A stretch of DNA of 62,047 bases, filler included, from Choristocarpus tenellus KU-1152 (taxonomy: Eukaryota; Protista; Phaeophyceae): NCBI GenBank assembly GCA_964200185.2. It is 10 parts of 10 records of this genome, joined end to end, with 100 filler letters (N's around TTAATTAATTAA, not from the genome) between each part and the next. Parts side by side here need not be neighbours in the genome. Positions count along the whole stretch, not along the records: positions 26,728 to 30,121 come from CAXNAD020020330.1; positions 30,222 to 33,891 come from CAXNAD020018606.1; positions 33,992 to 37,631 come from CAXNAD020018796.1; positions 37,732 to 52,393 come from CAXNAD020001140.1; 6 more parts are not named here. One strand, written 5' to 3'. A program made the position numbers and the translations under genes. Under the pieces are notes generated by a model. It did not search any database. It saw only the letters and a list, made by a program, of their open reading frames with translations, and was not told where the DNA came from. Of this stretch, positions 26,628-39,530 are shown piece after piece; the first letter of the stretch is position 1, and each line of letters starts with the position of its first letter.

Positions 26628-26831
26628 NNNNNNNNNNNNNNNNNNNNNNNNNNNNNNNNNNNNNNNNNNNNTTAATTAATTAANNNNNNNNNNNNNNNNN
26701 NNNNNNNNNNNNNNNNNNNNNNNNNNNTGAAAATTGAGCTAATTCTTTCTCACCTATTGATATGAGATGTAATGCACACCACACAGACCCCACAACCCCC
26801 AAATAGATAAGTCTGTTGGACTCCTGCTCCT

Positions 26832-27089
26832 GAGTCAAAGTATCTTAAGAGGGTAGAGCCGCGTCCATTTGGGGGTCAAAATTCAATGTTGCGATTTCGA
26901 TGTAATTTTGTCTATCGTGTTTGTTAGGAAGTGCCAATATCCTTGTTCTGGACACATCTTTTCATAACATACACATTTTACCTGCTCTGATTCTTTTTCG
27001 AGTAGGAACATGTCATACGAACCCCAACGGAAGCCAAGCCCCAAATGGACAAAGAGGGCAAAATTCGTACCTCTAAGATACTTTCACTC
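26832..27089 (-). mobile_element. MITE family A copy with 4-bp TSD (TCCT)
   Basis: gagtcaaagtatctt...aagatactttcactc flanked by tcct at 26828-26831 and 27090-27093. Confidence 0.9.
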
Positions 27090-27093
27090 TCCT

Positions 27094-29480
27094 ACCTTTC
27101 ATCAAAATCGTGACTGATGCAATTTTGGACTGCGTGTACGTGGCTGCTCAACACAAGAATCGAAAAAGTCAAGTGGTTTCAGGTGGTAAGCAAAAGGATC
27201 AAGAAAAGAGTTGCTTAGTATAGCGCTCTTGTTCTCCTTCATCTAACAACATATCTCTGATACGGAGTGGCATGCATTGCCCAAACCAGTGCGGAGGTGT
27301 CGCTCAGTCACAAGAAGAAAGAGTGTACAGAAGGGTTTGATATGTGGAGGACAATATCGACAAGGTTGAATTTTTAAGAGTGCCCCAGAACGATTTTGGG
27401 TGATCAATAAAGATGGCAGAAGTGTTGGCGTGTTCTTTCTTGTAGTTGTCTTTTTCTTTGAAGGATCAAAACGGCTTTAAAAAAAATGAAATATGACCAA
27501 AGGTTGGTGTGATCAAATCAACCACTACTTCAGTCACACATGCATACACATGTGATACTTTGATGTACAGAATTGGGGTAGTGACTCATCATGCAGTAGC
27601 GTGTTGTGCTGTGTGAGTACGTTGGGGGATTTTGAAGAGATTTTGTAGCTCATGTTGTTCATGGGATTTAAGGTGGGACAACAAATTTGTCTATCTCTAT
27701 GTACTGAGCTTCATCTCCAGCACTGCAAGTTCCTCCAGCGTTGCATCAGGTTCTGCAAACGAAATGTACGGATCACCACGAAGACATTTATGGGAACTGG
27801 GAGTGAAAGTATCCAGGTGATTATACACATGCAAGCGGAGGCTGCTATTAGAGTGTTTTCGTGGCATACATGAGCAATCCTTACCTGTTTTGGAACTTGC
27901 AGCGAAGAAACCGAGGGGGTAGATCGGAGTACAGGGGAAAAAAAATTGGTGATGCCTCCAAGATGACCTTGAGTGTTCGACATCTCAGCTGAAAAGAGGG
28001 ATCTTCTTGGATAATATCCAAACCGATGTTGTAGAAGGTGTGCGGAGGATGTGTTACAGGTGAGTAGCACGAGTATTTCTTCCCGGCGCAAACAGTGTAT
28101 GTGTGTGGGGAACCCCAAAAGTGGGAACTCCGATTTGCTAAAAAGATTCAGAATAAAATCTGTAACTCGGGAAAGTCGCTAGGGTTCTCAGATATATTGC
28201 AATGACTGTAAAAAAGTAAACCAAAGAAATCCCAACGATAAATGATGATAAGGAATCCTCCTAAAAACGGCTCCAAACAGCTCAGTTCTTCTGACCTAGA
28301 GACCCCACCTATTATAGCATTCTCTCTTACTGACATCGAAAAACATACATATTTCTTACGCTGATTGATTCATTTGAGAGTACCCCTGTTCTGCTGAGCT
28401 GACGTTCATTAATCTGTGAATTGGAGCTACCCATTCTGTGGAGGTAAGTTTCTGGAGGGCGCCTGTAACATGGAGGTCCTACCGCCACTCTTCAAAATGA
28501 GAGAGTACTCGGGATTCACCTCGGCATTTGGCATTCTTGGTAGCTTCCTGTGCAAAATAGGACAATAGAGAGGTGTCCCTTATTTTGTGTATGAGAGATT
28601 ATCATTTTGATTGAGTCCATGTGATGTAACAAACGAGATAGTCATCAGGATTATGAATGGGAATTGTATATGGGTTTTTTCGTTTCTGACTCCAACCCCT
28701 GGTCCAGCTAATTCCTCCGCCGGTTTGGACGGTGTCGCTCTCCTCTGGCGACAAACGATCTGAAGGTGTCCTTTACCCCCACAGTTGTAGCATATTCGTT
28801 TGAAAGAACCCTAACCAATATGCTTGATCAGTCCACAGTTTAAACATCTTCTGTTTGTCCTTATCTCGTCTCTGGTAGAGGATCCTGTTGTAATATGGTC
28901 CGTACGTTGACCACTTGTACCTTGGCCACCTCCTCCGCCGACCTTCTGTGCGTTCTGATTTTGGCTCCTTGAGCTCCTCGAATTCCGCGAGTCGTCGCTC
29001 TAGCTTGACGACGAAATCGGTGCTCTCCTGAGACGCCGCGCACCGTAGTTCTCGGAGTTTCGCCTCCAAAGTGATGACCTGCTCAGGAATCTCGCTTTTC
29101 TACACTTCCTTCAATAGCCTGAGCTTTTCTCTTTCTCCTATTTGGTTTTGTGGTCTCCATGCATGGTTTTGGGGACGCTTTTCACTGTCTACTGGATTTC
29201 CTTCTGCTTGGCCTCGTCGTCTCCATGGGTGGTCTTGGAAAATTGACTCCACTTCCTAACTTTGGGGGAGGGCCTAGCATGGTGACATCTGTGCCTCCAA
29301 GGGAAATATCTTGCACCTGTAATCGTAAACGAGTGATTTCTGACCGACATGATATCGACGTCGCCTAGGTAATTATTCCTCGCCATTCGTACACTCACAT
29401 TCCCGATCTGTTTTTCGTGTGTCACGCTGTTCAATTACTTCACAAGTTCCGCTGGGAATCAGTGATTCGGAGAGTTTCCA
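27094..29480 (-). mobile_element. Highly decayed Ty1/Copia remnant (gag with zinc knuckles, pre-integrase, integrase)
   Basis: gag-like EAKLRELR...ESTDFVVKLERRLAEFEEL, CCHC knuckle CYNCGVKGHLQIVC (~28750-28795), HRFGY pre-integrase-like and HLDTFTP...RGDPYISF integrase-like segments in Copia order. Confidence 0.6.
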
Positions 29481-29960
29481 ACCCAGGGTCAGACTTTGCA
29501 AATTCCTACAGCAGTCGTGACAGCGCAACGCACTTATGCATCGCGTCCACACATCAATAACTTGACCCTTTTTCCACATCGAACTCCTCGAAAACTCTTG
29601 TTCGACTTTCTTAGGGCACAGAGCGGTCCTTTTAGATGCTTCGGCTGCAAACGACGTACCACGCCTCACAGGAAAGCTCTTACAGGACCCTCGAGACGAC
29701 GTAACAGCAACCGAGTACGTCCATATTTTGGTGAGAGAATGCACCCTTTCGGATGGCCAGCCGAAAATCGCGGTAAGGGTTGTCACAAGTTATTCTTTTA
29801 AAGAGAGAGAAAGGTGTGACGTGGAAGGCTGCGGCAATAGTCTAGTTTTGCACTATTGAGCGTATACCGTGGACTCGCGGATGCCTCATATATATGAAGT
29901 TGTTTTTTGGGGGTACAAGCCATTTCAGCTGTAATTGCGAACACAGGAGGCAACACTCAC

Positions 29961-30121
29961 GGCTCTGACCCGTTGCAGAGGTTTCATTCCGACTACCGTG
30001 GAGATGTTTGCCCTCAGCTGCTGGACGGGCCCCGCTTGTTGGTCGCCAGATGAAACCTTCTGCAGAAGTTGGGCCACCTCCCTCTTCCTCTCCTCGTAGT
30101 GGGGCTTGACCCAGAGGTCGT
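29961..30121 (-). CDS. Isolated exon of an unidentified host gene at a contig edge
   Basis: GC-rich open frame DLWVKPHYEERKREVAQLLQKVSSGDQQAGPVQQLRANISTVVGMKPLQRVRA followed by a gtgagt donor. Confidence 0.35.
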
Positions 30122-30388
30122 NNNNNNNNNNNNNNNNNNNNNNNNNNNNNNNNNNNNNNNNNNNNTTAATTAATTAANNNNNNNNNNNNNNNNNNNNNNN
30201 NNNNNNNNNNNNNNNNNNNNNGTGCAGGGGTGCCATACGACATTTCATATGGTGATTTACAATCAGGGTTAGCCGTGGTCGATGCATGATTGAGCGAGTC
30301 ATAGACATAGTGTTGAGCTTCAGCCCATAGAATGTCTGTCTTAGGGATAGTGACATGGGGGGAAAGTAGTGTACCTTGAAGGTGGGCA

Positions 30389-30465
30389 GAGCCAAAGTAT
30401 CTTAGGGGTAGAGCCGCGTCCATTTGGGGGCCAAAATCCAATGTTGTGATTTTAACATAATTTTG
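30389..30465 (-). mobile_element. MITE family A truncated copy (one terminus)
   Basis: gagccaaagtatcttaggggtagagccgcgtccatttggggg matches the end of the 26832 copy; lies between two Copia integrase segments. Confidence 0.8.
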
Positions 30466-31181
30466 TTTGATCCTTGGCCCAAGGTAAAAACACCGTTCGG
30501 CCATTCGGAAAGTCTTATATGGCTTTTACTAAGACGGCAAAAACCAGGTTGAAGAAATTGGTAGGTCAACAGGGTTGCAGGGGTGCCATACGACATTTCA
30601 TACGGTGATTTACGATCTGGGTTAGCTGTGCTCAATGTGCGATTGAGCGAGTAACAGAAATAGTGTTGAGCTTCAGCCCATAGAATATCTGTCTTGGGGA
30701 TAGTAACATGGGGGAAACGTAGTGGACCTTGAAGGCGGGCAGCTAATGAAGCTTCATCCATAATGCCCAGCATGCGTTCAGCAACCCCATTAAATTGAGG
30801 ACTGTCTGCATGTGCAAGCTTCTGTTTTATCCCATGATCACAGCAAAGAGAACCGAAAACATCCTCACAAAATTCCCCCCCATTATCAGACTGCATGCAC
30901 AGGACCCAAGAGGAAGTACTGTCAGCCCGGATATTGGCCAGGTACTTCTTGAAGGCTTTGGCGGCATCCGACTTAGCACGAAGGAAATACAACCAAACAA
31001 AACGAGAATAGTCGCCTCAGAATATCATGGTGTATTGTTTACTGCTAATTGAAAGGGTAGCCCTCTTCCCACTTAGATCGACAAAAACCCGACTCAGCTC
31101 ACCGCCCTTGTAGACGCGCTGGACCGGACGCCAATCTGTATGCCCTTGTTCATAGAGCAGCCCGCATATGGCTCCAGCTTA

Positions 31182-31475
31182 TACTGAAAGTATCTTAGAG
31201 GATAGAGCCACGTCCATTTGGGGTCAAAATCCAATGTTGCGATTTTGATCTAATTTTGGCAATCAGGTTTGTTAAGAAGTGTCAATATCTTTGTTCCTGA
31301 CACACCTTTTCATAGCGCATACATTTTACCTACTCTGAAACATTTAGGAATAGGTAAAATGCCATAAAAAAGCCATTGGAAGCCAATCTCCAAACGGACA
31401 AACAGGACAAACAGGACAAACAGGACAAATAGGACAAACAGGACAAAACTCGTACCCTCTAAGATACGTTTTCTC
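31182..31475 (-). mobile_element. MITE family A copy nested in Copia, with an internal 9-bp tandem expansion
   Basis: Both TIRs present (aaagtatcttagagg / ccctctaagatacg); about six GGACAAACA units at 31396-31447. Confidence 0.85.
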
Positions 31476-33594
31476 TTACCCACGAATGTAATGCCAATTG
31501 AAGTGGCGGTGGACTTGACCAATGCCTTGTGTACGTGTCCATAAGAGTGATGAAAGAGGTTATTGTCTACGTCGGTGTGTGGAGTGTGAGGTGCAAGCGA
31601 GGGGGCTATGGTGCCCTTCAAAGCAACTTCAGCATTTCGACCCGGTCGCATATGTTTTGACCATGGAGGGTATAATGACAACAAGGATTTCTTGTGAAGA
31701 TAGGTTTGCCATCTAGTAACGAAAATGTACTAGCTGTGCAAGTGCATTTCGCACCCATATCTGCCACGGCTTGGCAAGAAAAGTTATTAAATCCAAGATC
31801 TGGGACATGCGCGATATTATGGAAGAGTATCTCTACTTCCTTGATGTCACATGAGGGAAACAAGATGGTTAGATCACCATGACCAGCGATACGAAAGGAA
31901 TTCTGACTTGGCAGTGACTACCCTTCGATCTACTACACAGGGCTTGTAGATTGTCATGTATGCCATCGTGTTTGTCACGTGATATGTAGCCGCAATGTCA
32001 AAAATCCACTCTTCTCTTGCGCAACCAACCCCAACACTTGACACCAAACACTCATTTACCCCAAACTTGTCTGGAGCATTGCTGCTCGGAGATTCATCAG
32101 TGGCAGCCAGTAGTGCGTACCGCTCGTTGTCTTTGCTGCTGATCGCACTTTCCACAGTAATGTGAGAAGGTTTCGCCTCGATCTTGTTCTCTTCTTTCCC
32201 AGGCTCCAGCGTAGTCATGAACACTGGAGTACGTGTTGTAGCACCATGGGCACGTCCACTACACTTGGTGCAAATGCGGGTTGGGCAAGCTCCCTTCTCA
32301 TATCCATTCTTACCACATCTCTCACAAGGATCCTTCTCGGAACTTGTTGGGTTGGAATTAGAACCATTCTTCTTTCTTCCACCGTGAAATTTACTTTTGA
32401 CCCCACGACCTTGGTCGTTACAATAAGACTGATTCTTCCTCTGTGATGAGTTGCTAACAACCAAAGGGTGGCTCCTCTTGTGTCTTGAGTCCTTCCCCTC
32501 ATGAATGGAAACAAATCGCTCTCTGACTGTTTTATCCAAGTCTGCTCGACATAGTGTCCTCTGCGAGGCCATCATCCGTATCTCGGTATCGAAATCTGAT
32601 CCAAGTGCACTCAGAAACTGTAGCAGTAACAGCTTGTCCGAGATGACAAGGTCCATATTGATAGCATCCTCCCCCATACCTCCTCCAATCGAGTTAAGGT
32701 CAGGAGCAGATTTGCCCCCTTTTCTCCACCTTCGAAGAGAAGAACTCACAGAACGAATGTTGGCTAATTACCCACTATATTAGGCATGAACCAATCATCT
32801 ACTGTTCGGAAATGTTCGCTTGGGCTTTGGTGCGCATAGTACAGAGCCGTGGTGGTGGGTGCGACAAGAGCAACAGCAAGTACATAGTAAACCTCTTTTG
32901 TCATCCAGATATCATTCACACCGAACCCATCCAAGAGAAGTTTATCATAGGAGCGTTCTTGGTTAACTGGTCTTCAATTGTCAACACAGCTAGGCAGTGG
33001 GTATATCGACAATGCACAATGAAACGCCTCCGCCAGTGCCAGTAGTTCGAGTCGTCCAATAACTATGGTGGCTGAGTCCTTGACCTCTTAGTCTCAGGGT
33101 GAACAGTATGTGTGCCTGACCCCAAACTCACCTAAGAGAATTGGTTGCATTTATTACAGTAATATATTTTTAATTGTATCCATCCATCATCCATGCTTTA
33201 AGGATTAATTTTGGTATTTCTACCAACAATTATCGACTTGCCATACTTTTCCATCTCGCATCAGCACTGCTGCTTTGATAATTTCTTCTTCCACCCCCCA
33301 AGTCTTCAAAATTAAATTTTCAATTTTTGCAACCCCAGAATCCATTGCAGTTTGAGGGGCTGCTACTGGAATTGTGGTTGTTACTCTTGGATGAAAAGGT
33401 ACAGGTACAATATATTCAGAACAAAATTATTTCCGGACACTTCCATAGGCTCTACACACTTCTCCCAGTAGTACTGGCTCATTAGCTAATTCGGCAAAGT
33501 TTTTTCGGCTGCAATTTTCATCTTCTCGTTGGTACAAGCTACTCGTACATCTAAAGCACCTCTAAAGATGTAGATAGGGGAATCCCATTACGTT

Positions 33595-33891
33595 ATTTAC
33601 TTTATTATTTTCTTATTATGCCCTCTGACATTTTGTACATGTGTCAGTGGGGAAACCAATGAAAACTATTCATATGTCGTTATTAGCAGCCCTAAGGAAA
33701 TAAAATGGCGTAAACATAAGAACACTATAAAACATTGTAAGTATGGAAATCACTAATCTATCAGTTACTTCACCAATATAAAATATTGTACTACTGTCGT
33801 CCTTTGCTTCCCATCTACCTACTCCTGTGCCCCGGGGGGGGGAGCTAGGGAGGCATCTCAAGAATCCAACGGACCCCTCCGTGCCCATCTC
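33595..33891 (-). mobile_element. 3' UTR/end of the same CRE-like non-LTR retrotransposon
   Basis: Shares cccgggggggagctagggaggcatc..aagaatccaacggacccctccgtgcc and the terminal ctgaca...tgtcag hairpin; A-rich (TAA-like) tail on the minus strand. Confidence 0.6.
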
Positions 33892-36800
33892 NNNNNNNNN
33901 NNNNNNNNNNNNNNNNNNNNNNNNNNNNNNNNNNNTTAATTAATTAANNNNNNNNNNNNNNNNNNNNNNNNNNNNNNNNNNNNNNNNNNNNCTGGCTTCC
34001 ATATTTTTCCTTTTTTTTTTCCCCCGACTTTCCCCCCCCCCCAAAAAAAAATTGTGCACCGGTCAGAAAACGGATTCTTGATAGAAAAAAAAAAATGATA
34101 TGGGAAGCTGAAAGAGGCACTACTACCTCAGGTGCAGGTCATGGCTGGCGTCTTTAGTGAGAAGGCATCAGAATAGATCAATGAATGAGCATGCGTTGGT
34201 AGACGTTTTTGACATAGTCCGAACCACGACTCCATAGACTCCATAGTGCCACAGAGCATCCATGTTGTCCATATATAATATAAATTGTCCAGCAAACGCT
34301 CCAGCCCATTTGAGCCTGCAATGTCAGTTGCCTTGACAACAGTTAGAGACGCTTACACATGATAAGACTTTGTTTGTCCAGATAAATCTCTTTTGGTGTA
34401 CAACACCCAACCAAAACAACAATACTATTTTAGGTTGTTGCACAAGCGAGCATTGTATCTTCAAGGAGTGGACCCTTCCAACTATGCCTGCTTGAAACGC
34501 TTGAGTGATTCTCTTGCCCCCATTTGTTCTTGTAATTTGTCCTGTGAACACGGGGTATTGAAGTATAGAACTCATCACAGTTGGATTTGAAAGCAATATG
34601 AGGTGGTGCAATGATGCTAGAATAGGAGCTTTGAACACGTTTCTTTAATACTGCCCCCACCGCCCCCACCCATCCCCCCCTTAATCCTGAACCGGACAGG
34701 CGTTCCTTGCAGATCTTGGCGAGGCCTACTCAAAACTGACTCTTTTGGGGGAGCGTTATGAGAGTCGAAAGGACTGAGATCAGTTATTATTGAAGGGGCT
34801 AGGGTTAGGCCCGTAACTCTGTGGAGCTTGTCGGCCAAGTGTTACTAGCATGGGATAACATTGCTTTGGAGTGTGCGCATTAAAAAATATATATATATGT
34901 ATATATATATATAATAAATTACGCTGCCGCCTTCCCCTGAACTCCACAAGTAGATCTAAATGAAAGCAGTGTCCTAAATTTTGGGGCGGTGGAATATGCT
35001 ACTACTTTTGCAGAATTTTGCTCCGAGGTAGGAGGTAGTGAGTGTTCTTGGGTCTAGTTCCGATCGCCCTTCTTTTTTTTTCATACTCTTTCATACAGAG
35101 CTTTTCATTTTTCTAAGAAAAGAATGAAACGTTCACCGCCGAGGGTCAGTTTAGTTGTTTTTTCGCTTTCGTTTAGACATTGGCGCAGGGGCCTCTCTTG
35201 TTGTAAGAAGTGCAACTACTGTTGTGGTTGGTTGTAAGAGTGGCTGGTTTGAATACGCCCAGTTGATGAAGGCTCTAGTTCAGATCTGGGTTGCGCACTT
35301 TGCTTTAGGTTGCTTGGCTTGTACATGAGTTGAATGATGTCTCTGTTCGGTCAGACCCTGTTGTTGTGTTGATGCACTGTTGACAAGGTACAAGAATAGA
35401 GAACAGTGAATCTAAGATTCTCCTAACGGACGTGACAGAAGTGAAGACATTTCTAAAACAGGGTTGGAGGCGTGACTAGGGGATTCGTTGCCCATCCTTG
35501 CTCTCAGGCAGCAGTGCAACGCAGTACAGCAGCTTTAAGAGCAACTCACATGAATCACTCCAAGCTAGTAGGTGTTTAGGTGGGAGTAAGCAGCCGGTTG
35601 GCATCTCCTGTCTGGTGGAGTACACACAATCTTATTTATTTGCTGACTATGAAATGTGTGGCCAAATGTTCAAGAACCTGTTGTTTCCCAAGACTAGTGC
35701 ATAAAAATGTGTTGATTAGTTCGTTGCTCGGTTGGACAAGATGTAGATTAAGGAAGCCCACACAGTCCCCCTTTGTCGCCAACCAATCTTATTCCGTGGA
35801 TCACTGGTAACTCATCACAGATTACTTCCTCCAGTGCTTCCTATTCCTAAACTCTTCCTTATTCTAGTCTGATAATCCATAATTATATTCTGTTCTTCAG
35901 AATACAATATTTTTGACTTCCATAAACCAATCTTTTATGTCCTACATAGTCTTACCTATTTTCACACAAGGATTGAAAGCATATTCTTGACATCATACAT
36001 TTACCCCATTCCATTATGGACAGGGTCGAATCGTGCTGGATGACACTCACTGCAAAAAAATGAATCCTGCTAAAGATTCGGAGAGATACAACGGCATTGC
36101 TAAAGTTGTAGAGAACGTACTTACAAAGGGTTAATTAAATTAGTCAAGAGATGGCGTGCAAGATGCACATGGTTGATGCGATCACAAGCGCAAGAACCAG
36201 AGCTGGTACCCGTAACATAAGATCAAACGCCCGAGGATCGAGATAGCGAGCAGATGCACGATATGGGAAGTCGAATTGAGATTCTATCAGGAAGTACTAT
36301 GAATCAGGCAACAACACATAAAGTGTACGAAAAGTTTCCCTGACGCAAGGGAATCTGTTCAGGTTCGGTATTTTTAATTGGTGATGTATGCTTGGTGAAT
36401 TACAGACAATTGGGAACATGGTTAGCTGGTCAAACAGCAAATAATCTTCAAGTTTGGATGGGTGTGAAGAGAGCCCTTGCTTCTTTTATATCCATCTGAC
36501 TTGGCTATGGATGGCGTTGGACACTGCGATCATTGGATGAGATGAAGTCAACAATTGAAGAGTTGATGTGCACTATCTTACAACCCCCATTGCCCACAGA
36601 GTCATATTGTTGTGTTGACCCATCCAAATAAGAATCCCCCATGGCTCACTATGGAGCCTCTTCCCTACATCAATTTCGCGGCTTCAAATCCCAATGACAC
36701 TACGATAGACTTCTTTCTAGGGAAATAATTCGGTTTTCACTATCCATGGTCCATACGGCAAGCGCTATCGTATTGCACACCAGTGCCATCCTATCATGTG

Positions 36801-38511
36801 TTATGCCACCAAAAAAATGTCAACCAAGAACGAGATTTCAAGGCTAAATCACGAAGCGACACCAATATGGGAGTCCAGACAGAACAAGAAGAATTGAGGG
36901 AGGTGGAAAGACAAACCTTGGGTTTGTGGGTCCAATGTGCAAGAGGTAAGGCGCGACTGGAGGCAGTATTAAAGTAGTAGTTATCTCCTGTTGGACCTGG
37001 TGAAGTGTGGCAACATTCATCATCATTGACATCCTTTAACAGCCGATCATCAAAATTGAGGATGGAGCTTTTTATTGAGGATGATCGAGACGCGGATTGG
37101 TTTGCGGAAAGTGCCCATATGGTGGGTTTTTTTAATGTTGCGGCACTTTTGGAAGGCCCCGCTACGAATGGGAATCCATCCCGACGAAGGTGGTAGTAGG
37201 ACAATGTGGGGGGGGCGGCAACAATTTTGTTTGATTGTCGTGTACATGTATGCCCTGTGTTGGCTTGCTTGCTTGAATAATTAGTGCGATCGGTGGAGTC
37301 GTTTGACTGTCGATGGTGGAGGTGGTAGAAAATAATAGTACTTGAAGTATTTTTCGGGGCAGTGTCTCATTGTCATTATGGATGGCTGACTGACTGAGAA
37401 GACGTGTTACTTTCCCACATTATTATTATTTATTTATTTTATTGCTATCATCGCCAAGTAGAAGAAGAAGCTACTACTGAGCGCATACAAGTGTTGACAT
37501 TATATGGTGACCGACCTCTTTGTACGAATATATCTCAGTCATGCCCGAGATATCGTTTGTTGCGATCTGCCGTCCCCTCCCCCCCCCCCCCCCCCCCCCC
37601 CCCCCCCACCCCTTCCCCCACGCACACGTACNNNNNNNNNNNNNNNNNNNNNNNNNNNNNNNNNNNNNNNNNNNNTTAATTAATTAANNNNNNNNNNNNN
37701 NNNNNNNNNNNNNNNNNNNNNNNNNNNNNNNGGGGGGGGGGTGATCTCAGGTTAATGAATGATGATGCTTGGAACACATTTAACAGATAATTGTAGCATA
37801 TTCTGTGACTAGAAAGGAATACCTACAGAAGCACTCTTGGCATGGGTGAGATCAGTTGTCCAAAAGATAGAACATGGACTTGATTCATACGGATCGATTT
37901 AGGGCATATCTCTCTCCATACAACAAGGATCTCTAAAGGGCATATCTCAGTACCAGAACAAACACAGTTGGGGGGATCATTTTTTCTTGTCACATGCTAG
38001 TTCCAAAGCGTACCATTTCCCTGCGTGGGTGGAAGAGCAAATCAGTAGAAATACGGGTTTCTATCGGGTACACCAGGCGTACCATTTCCCTGCAGTGTTT
38101 TCCCACAACTGCCTACCTATTCCTGCCCACCCTCTATCTGACTGCGCGTCTGTCTTGAAATAACGCACACAACACAGCTTACAGAAATGATCTCAAAAAA
38201 TACACACACAAAAAGACGCCGCCATGCTCATACCATCAACCGTCATCCCCCTCGCAACGACAACGACAACAGGCTTAGCATCAAGGCTTAGCATCACACA
38301 GCGAACATCGACGGGGGCACACCACGTTTGACCGTCGAACACAGTAGCGTCCATTCCCATCGCCGAGATATGGCAGCGCGACATAGTCGGCATGAATTAG
38401 AATATGACCCAACACAGGATTTCATCTCCTCCCATCAAACTCGGGAAGGAGAGGTCGAAATACAATGTGTTGACATGTTCTTGAGACGAGTTCTCCTTGT
38501 GGAGTGCGTAC

Positions 38512-39466
38512 CTGAGCATTCCCGTCCAGGACCGCCCCCATACTAGTGTGTAACAGAGCCTGCTTGCGGAGCAGCTGGTGGGGGAGGGGGGACAGAGGTG
38601 GGGGTTGGGGAGTGAGGCACAGTTTCTATTGGCAAGAGTGGAGCAGGGAGGGAGGGAGGAAGGGAGGGATTTACTATTTTCAGGCATTTTCAACCATCCG
38701 GGTCATGAAAAAGATGGACGAGCACTGCAAAAGGTTGCCACAGCCAGAACAAACATATCCAGGGCTTGCACAAGACCCCTTTTAACAGGAGGAATGTATC
38801 ATATACCATCTGCTGCAAAAAAAAATAAAGCAAACCTCAATGACATCAATTCCCACACTCTCCTTGCACTCAAGAGCTCTAAAACAACCAGGAGGCTCCT
38901 ACTCTATTCTGCTCCTGCGAAACCCAGGTGAATTAGTGATAACTACAAACACTCACCTGCCTTCCCACCCCAACAGCACCAGAGGTCACAAGGATTACTT
39001 CCTTGCCCATCTTCTTCAGCCAAGCGCATTGCTCAACTATGGCTCCGATTCGAGAGAGGCATGGATACCCTTTAGAGTTAGACACAATAGAAGTGCCAGC
39101 CTTCACCACAACCCGATTTGCCGCTGGTAAATCCGCATATCAATATTTATTTATATTTATATATACATATATATATATATACAAGCATTCCGGAACAAAG
39201 GAGTCCGAGGGGGGAACAAGGATTAATTCTTGGGTTGGTGAGAAGTGTGCAAGGGGTGAATCAAAGCAAAGAGAGGCATAGCAAGCACTCATAATTCAAA
39301 CAAAATATCAATCAGCACATTGAGAATGGTTTGCAACTGATTGGAATCTATCCCCTGTGCTCCAGTCCATTCCTGGAAAGAAAAAACATGGCACGCACTC
39401 ACATTTTACACTTGCTCGCGTGGGATGGACCGGGCCATCTGGGCCAGAACGACTGCTGGAGGGGCC
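38512..39466 (-). CDS. proB: Glutamate 5-kinase (ProB / N-terminal domain of P5CS), partial; 3' part not recoverable before the contig end
   Basis: Exons 39466-39403, 39123-38957 and 38574-38512 splice in frame to TRASVKSANRVVVKAGTSIVSNSKGYPCLSRIGAIVEQCAWLKKMGKEVILVTSGAVGVGRQLLRKQALLHTSMGAVLDG, which matches the G5K signatures RxVVKxGTS and EVILVxSGAV. Start exon uncertain (candidates near 39553-39610 and 39715-39800). Confidence 0.85.
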
Positions 39467-39482
39467 CTATGCTTAAACGATA

Positions 39483-39530
39483 CAGTTGCATAGAATCAGT
39501 TGCATAGAATCAGTTGCATAGAACAGTTGT
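39483..39530. repeat. 14-bp tandem repeat CAGTTGCATAGAAT, about 3.5 copies
   Basis: Read directly; lies in an intron of the glutamate 5-kinase gene. Confidence 0.85.

Larger units (their letters stand above)
30222..33100 (-). mobile_element. Degenerate Ty1/Copia LTR retrotransposon (gag-protease-integrase), interrupted by MITEs
   Basis: gag NYWHW start (~33050), paired degenerate zinc knuckles CERCGKNGYEKGAC/CTKCSGRAH, protease-like WIFDIAATYHV, GAG-pre-integrase FHHSYGH, integrase SDNGGEF...PQFNGVAER...LWAEA...NRT (ORF 30402-30992). Stops and frameshifts throughout. Confidence 0.9.

Noticed and set aside
31310-31684. ORF with a hydrophobic FVLFVLFVL repeat suggesting a membrane protein
   Set aside because: Chimera of Copia sequence and a MITE containing a 9-bp tandem expansion.
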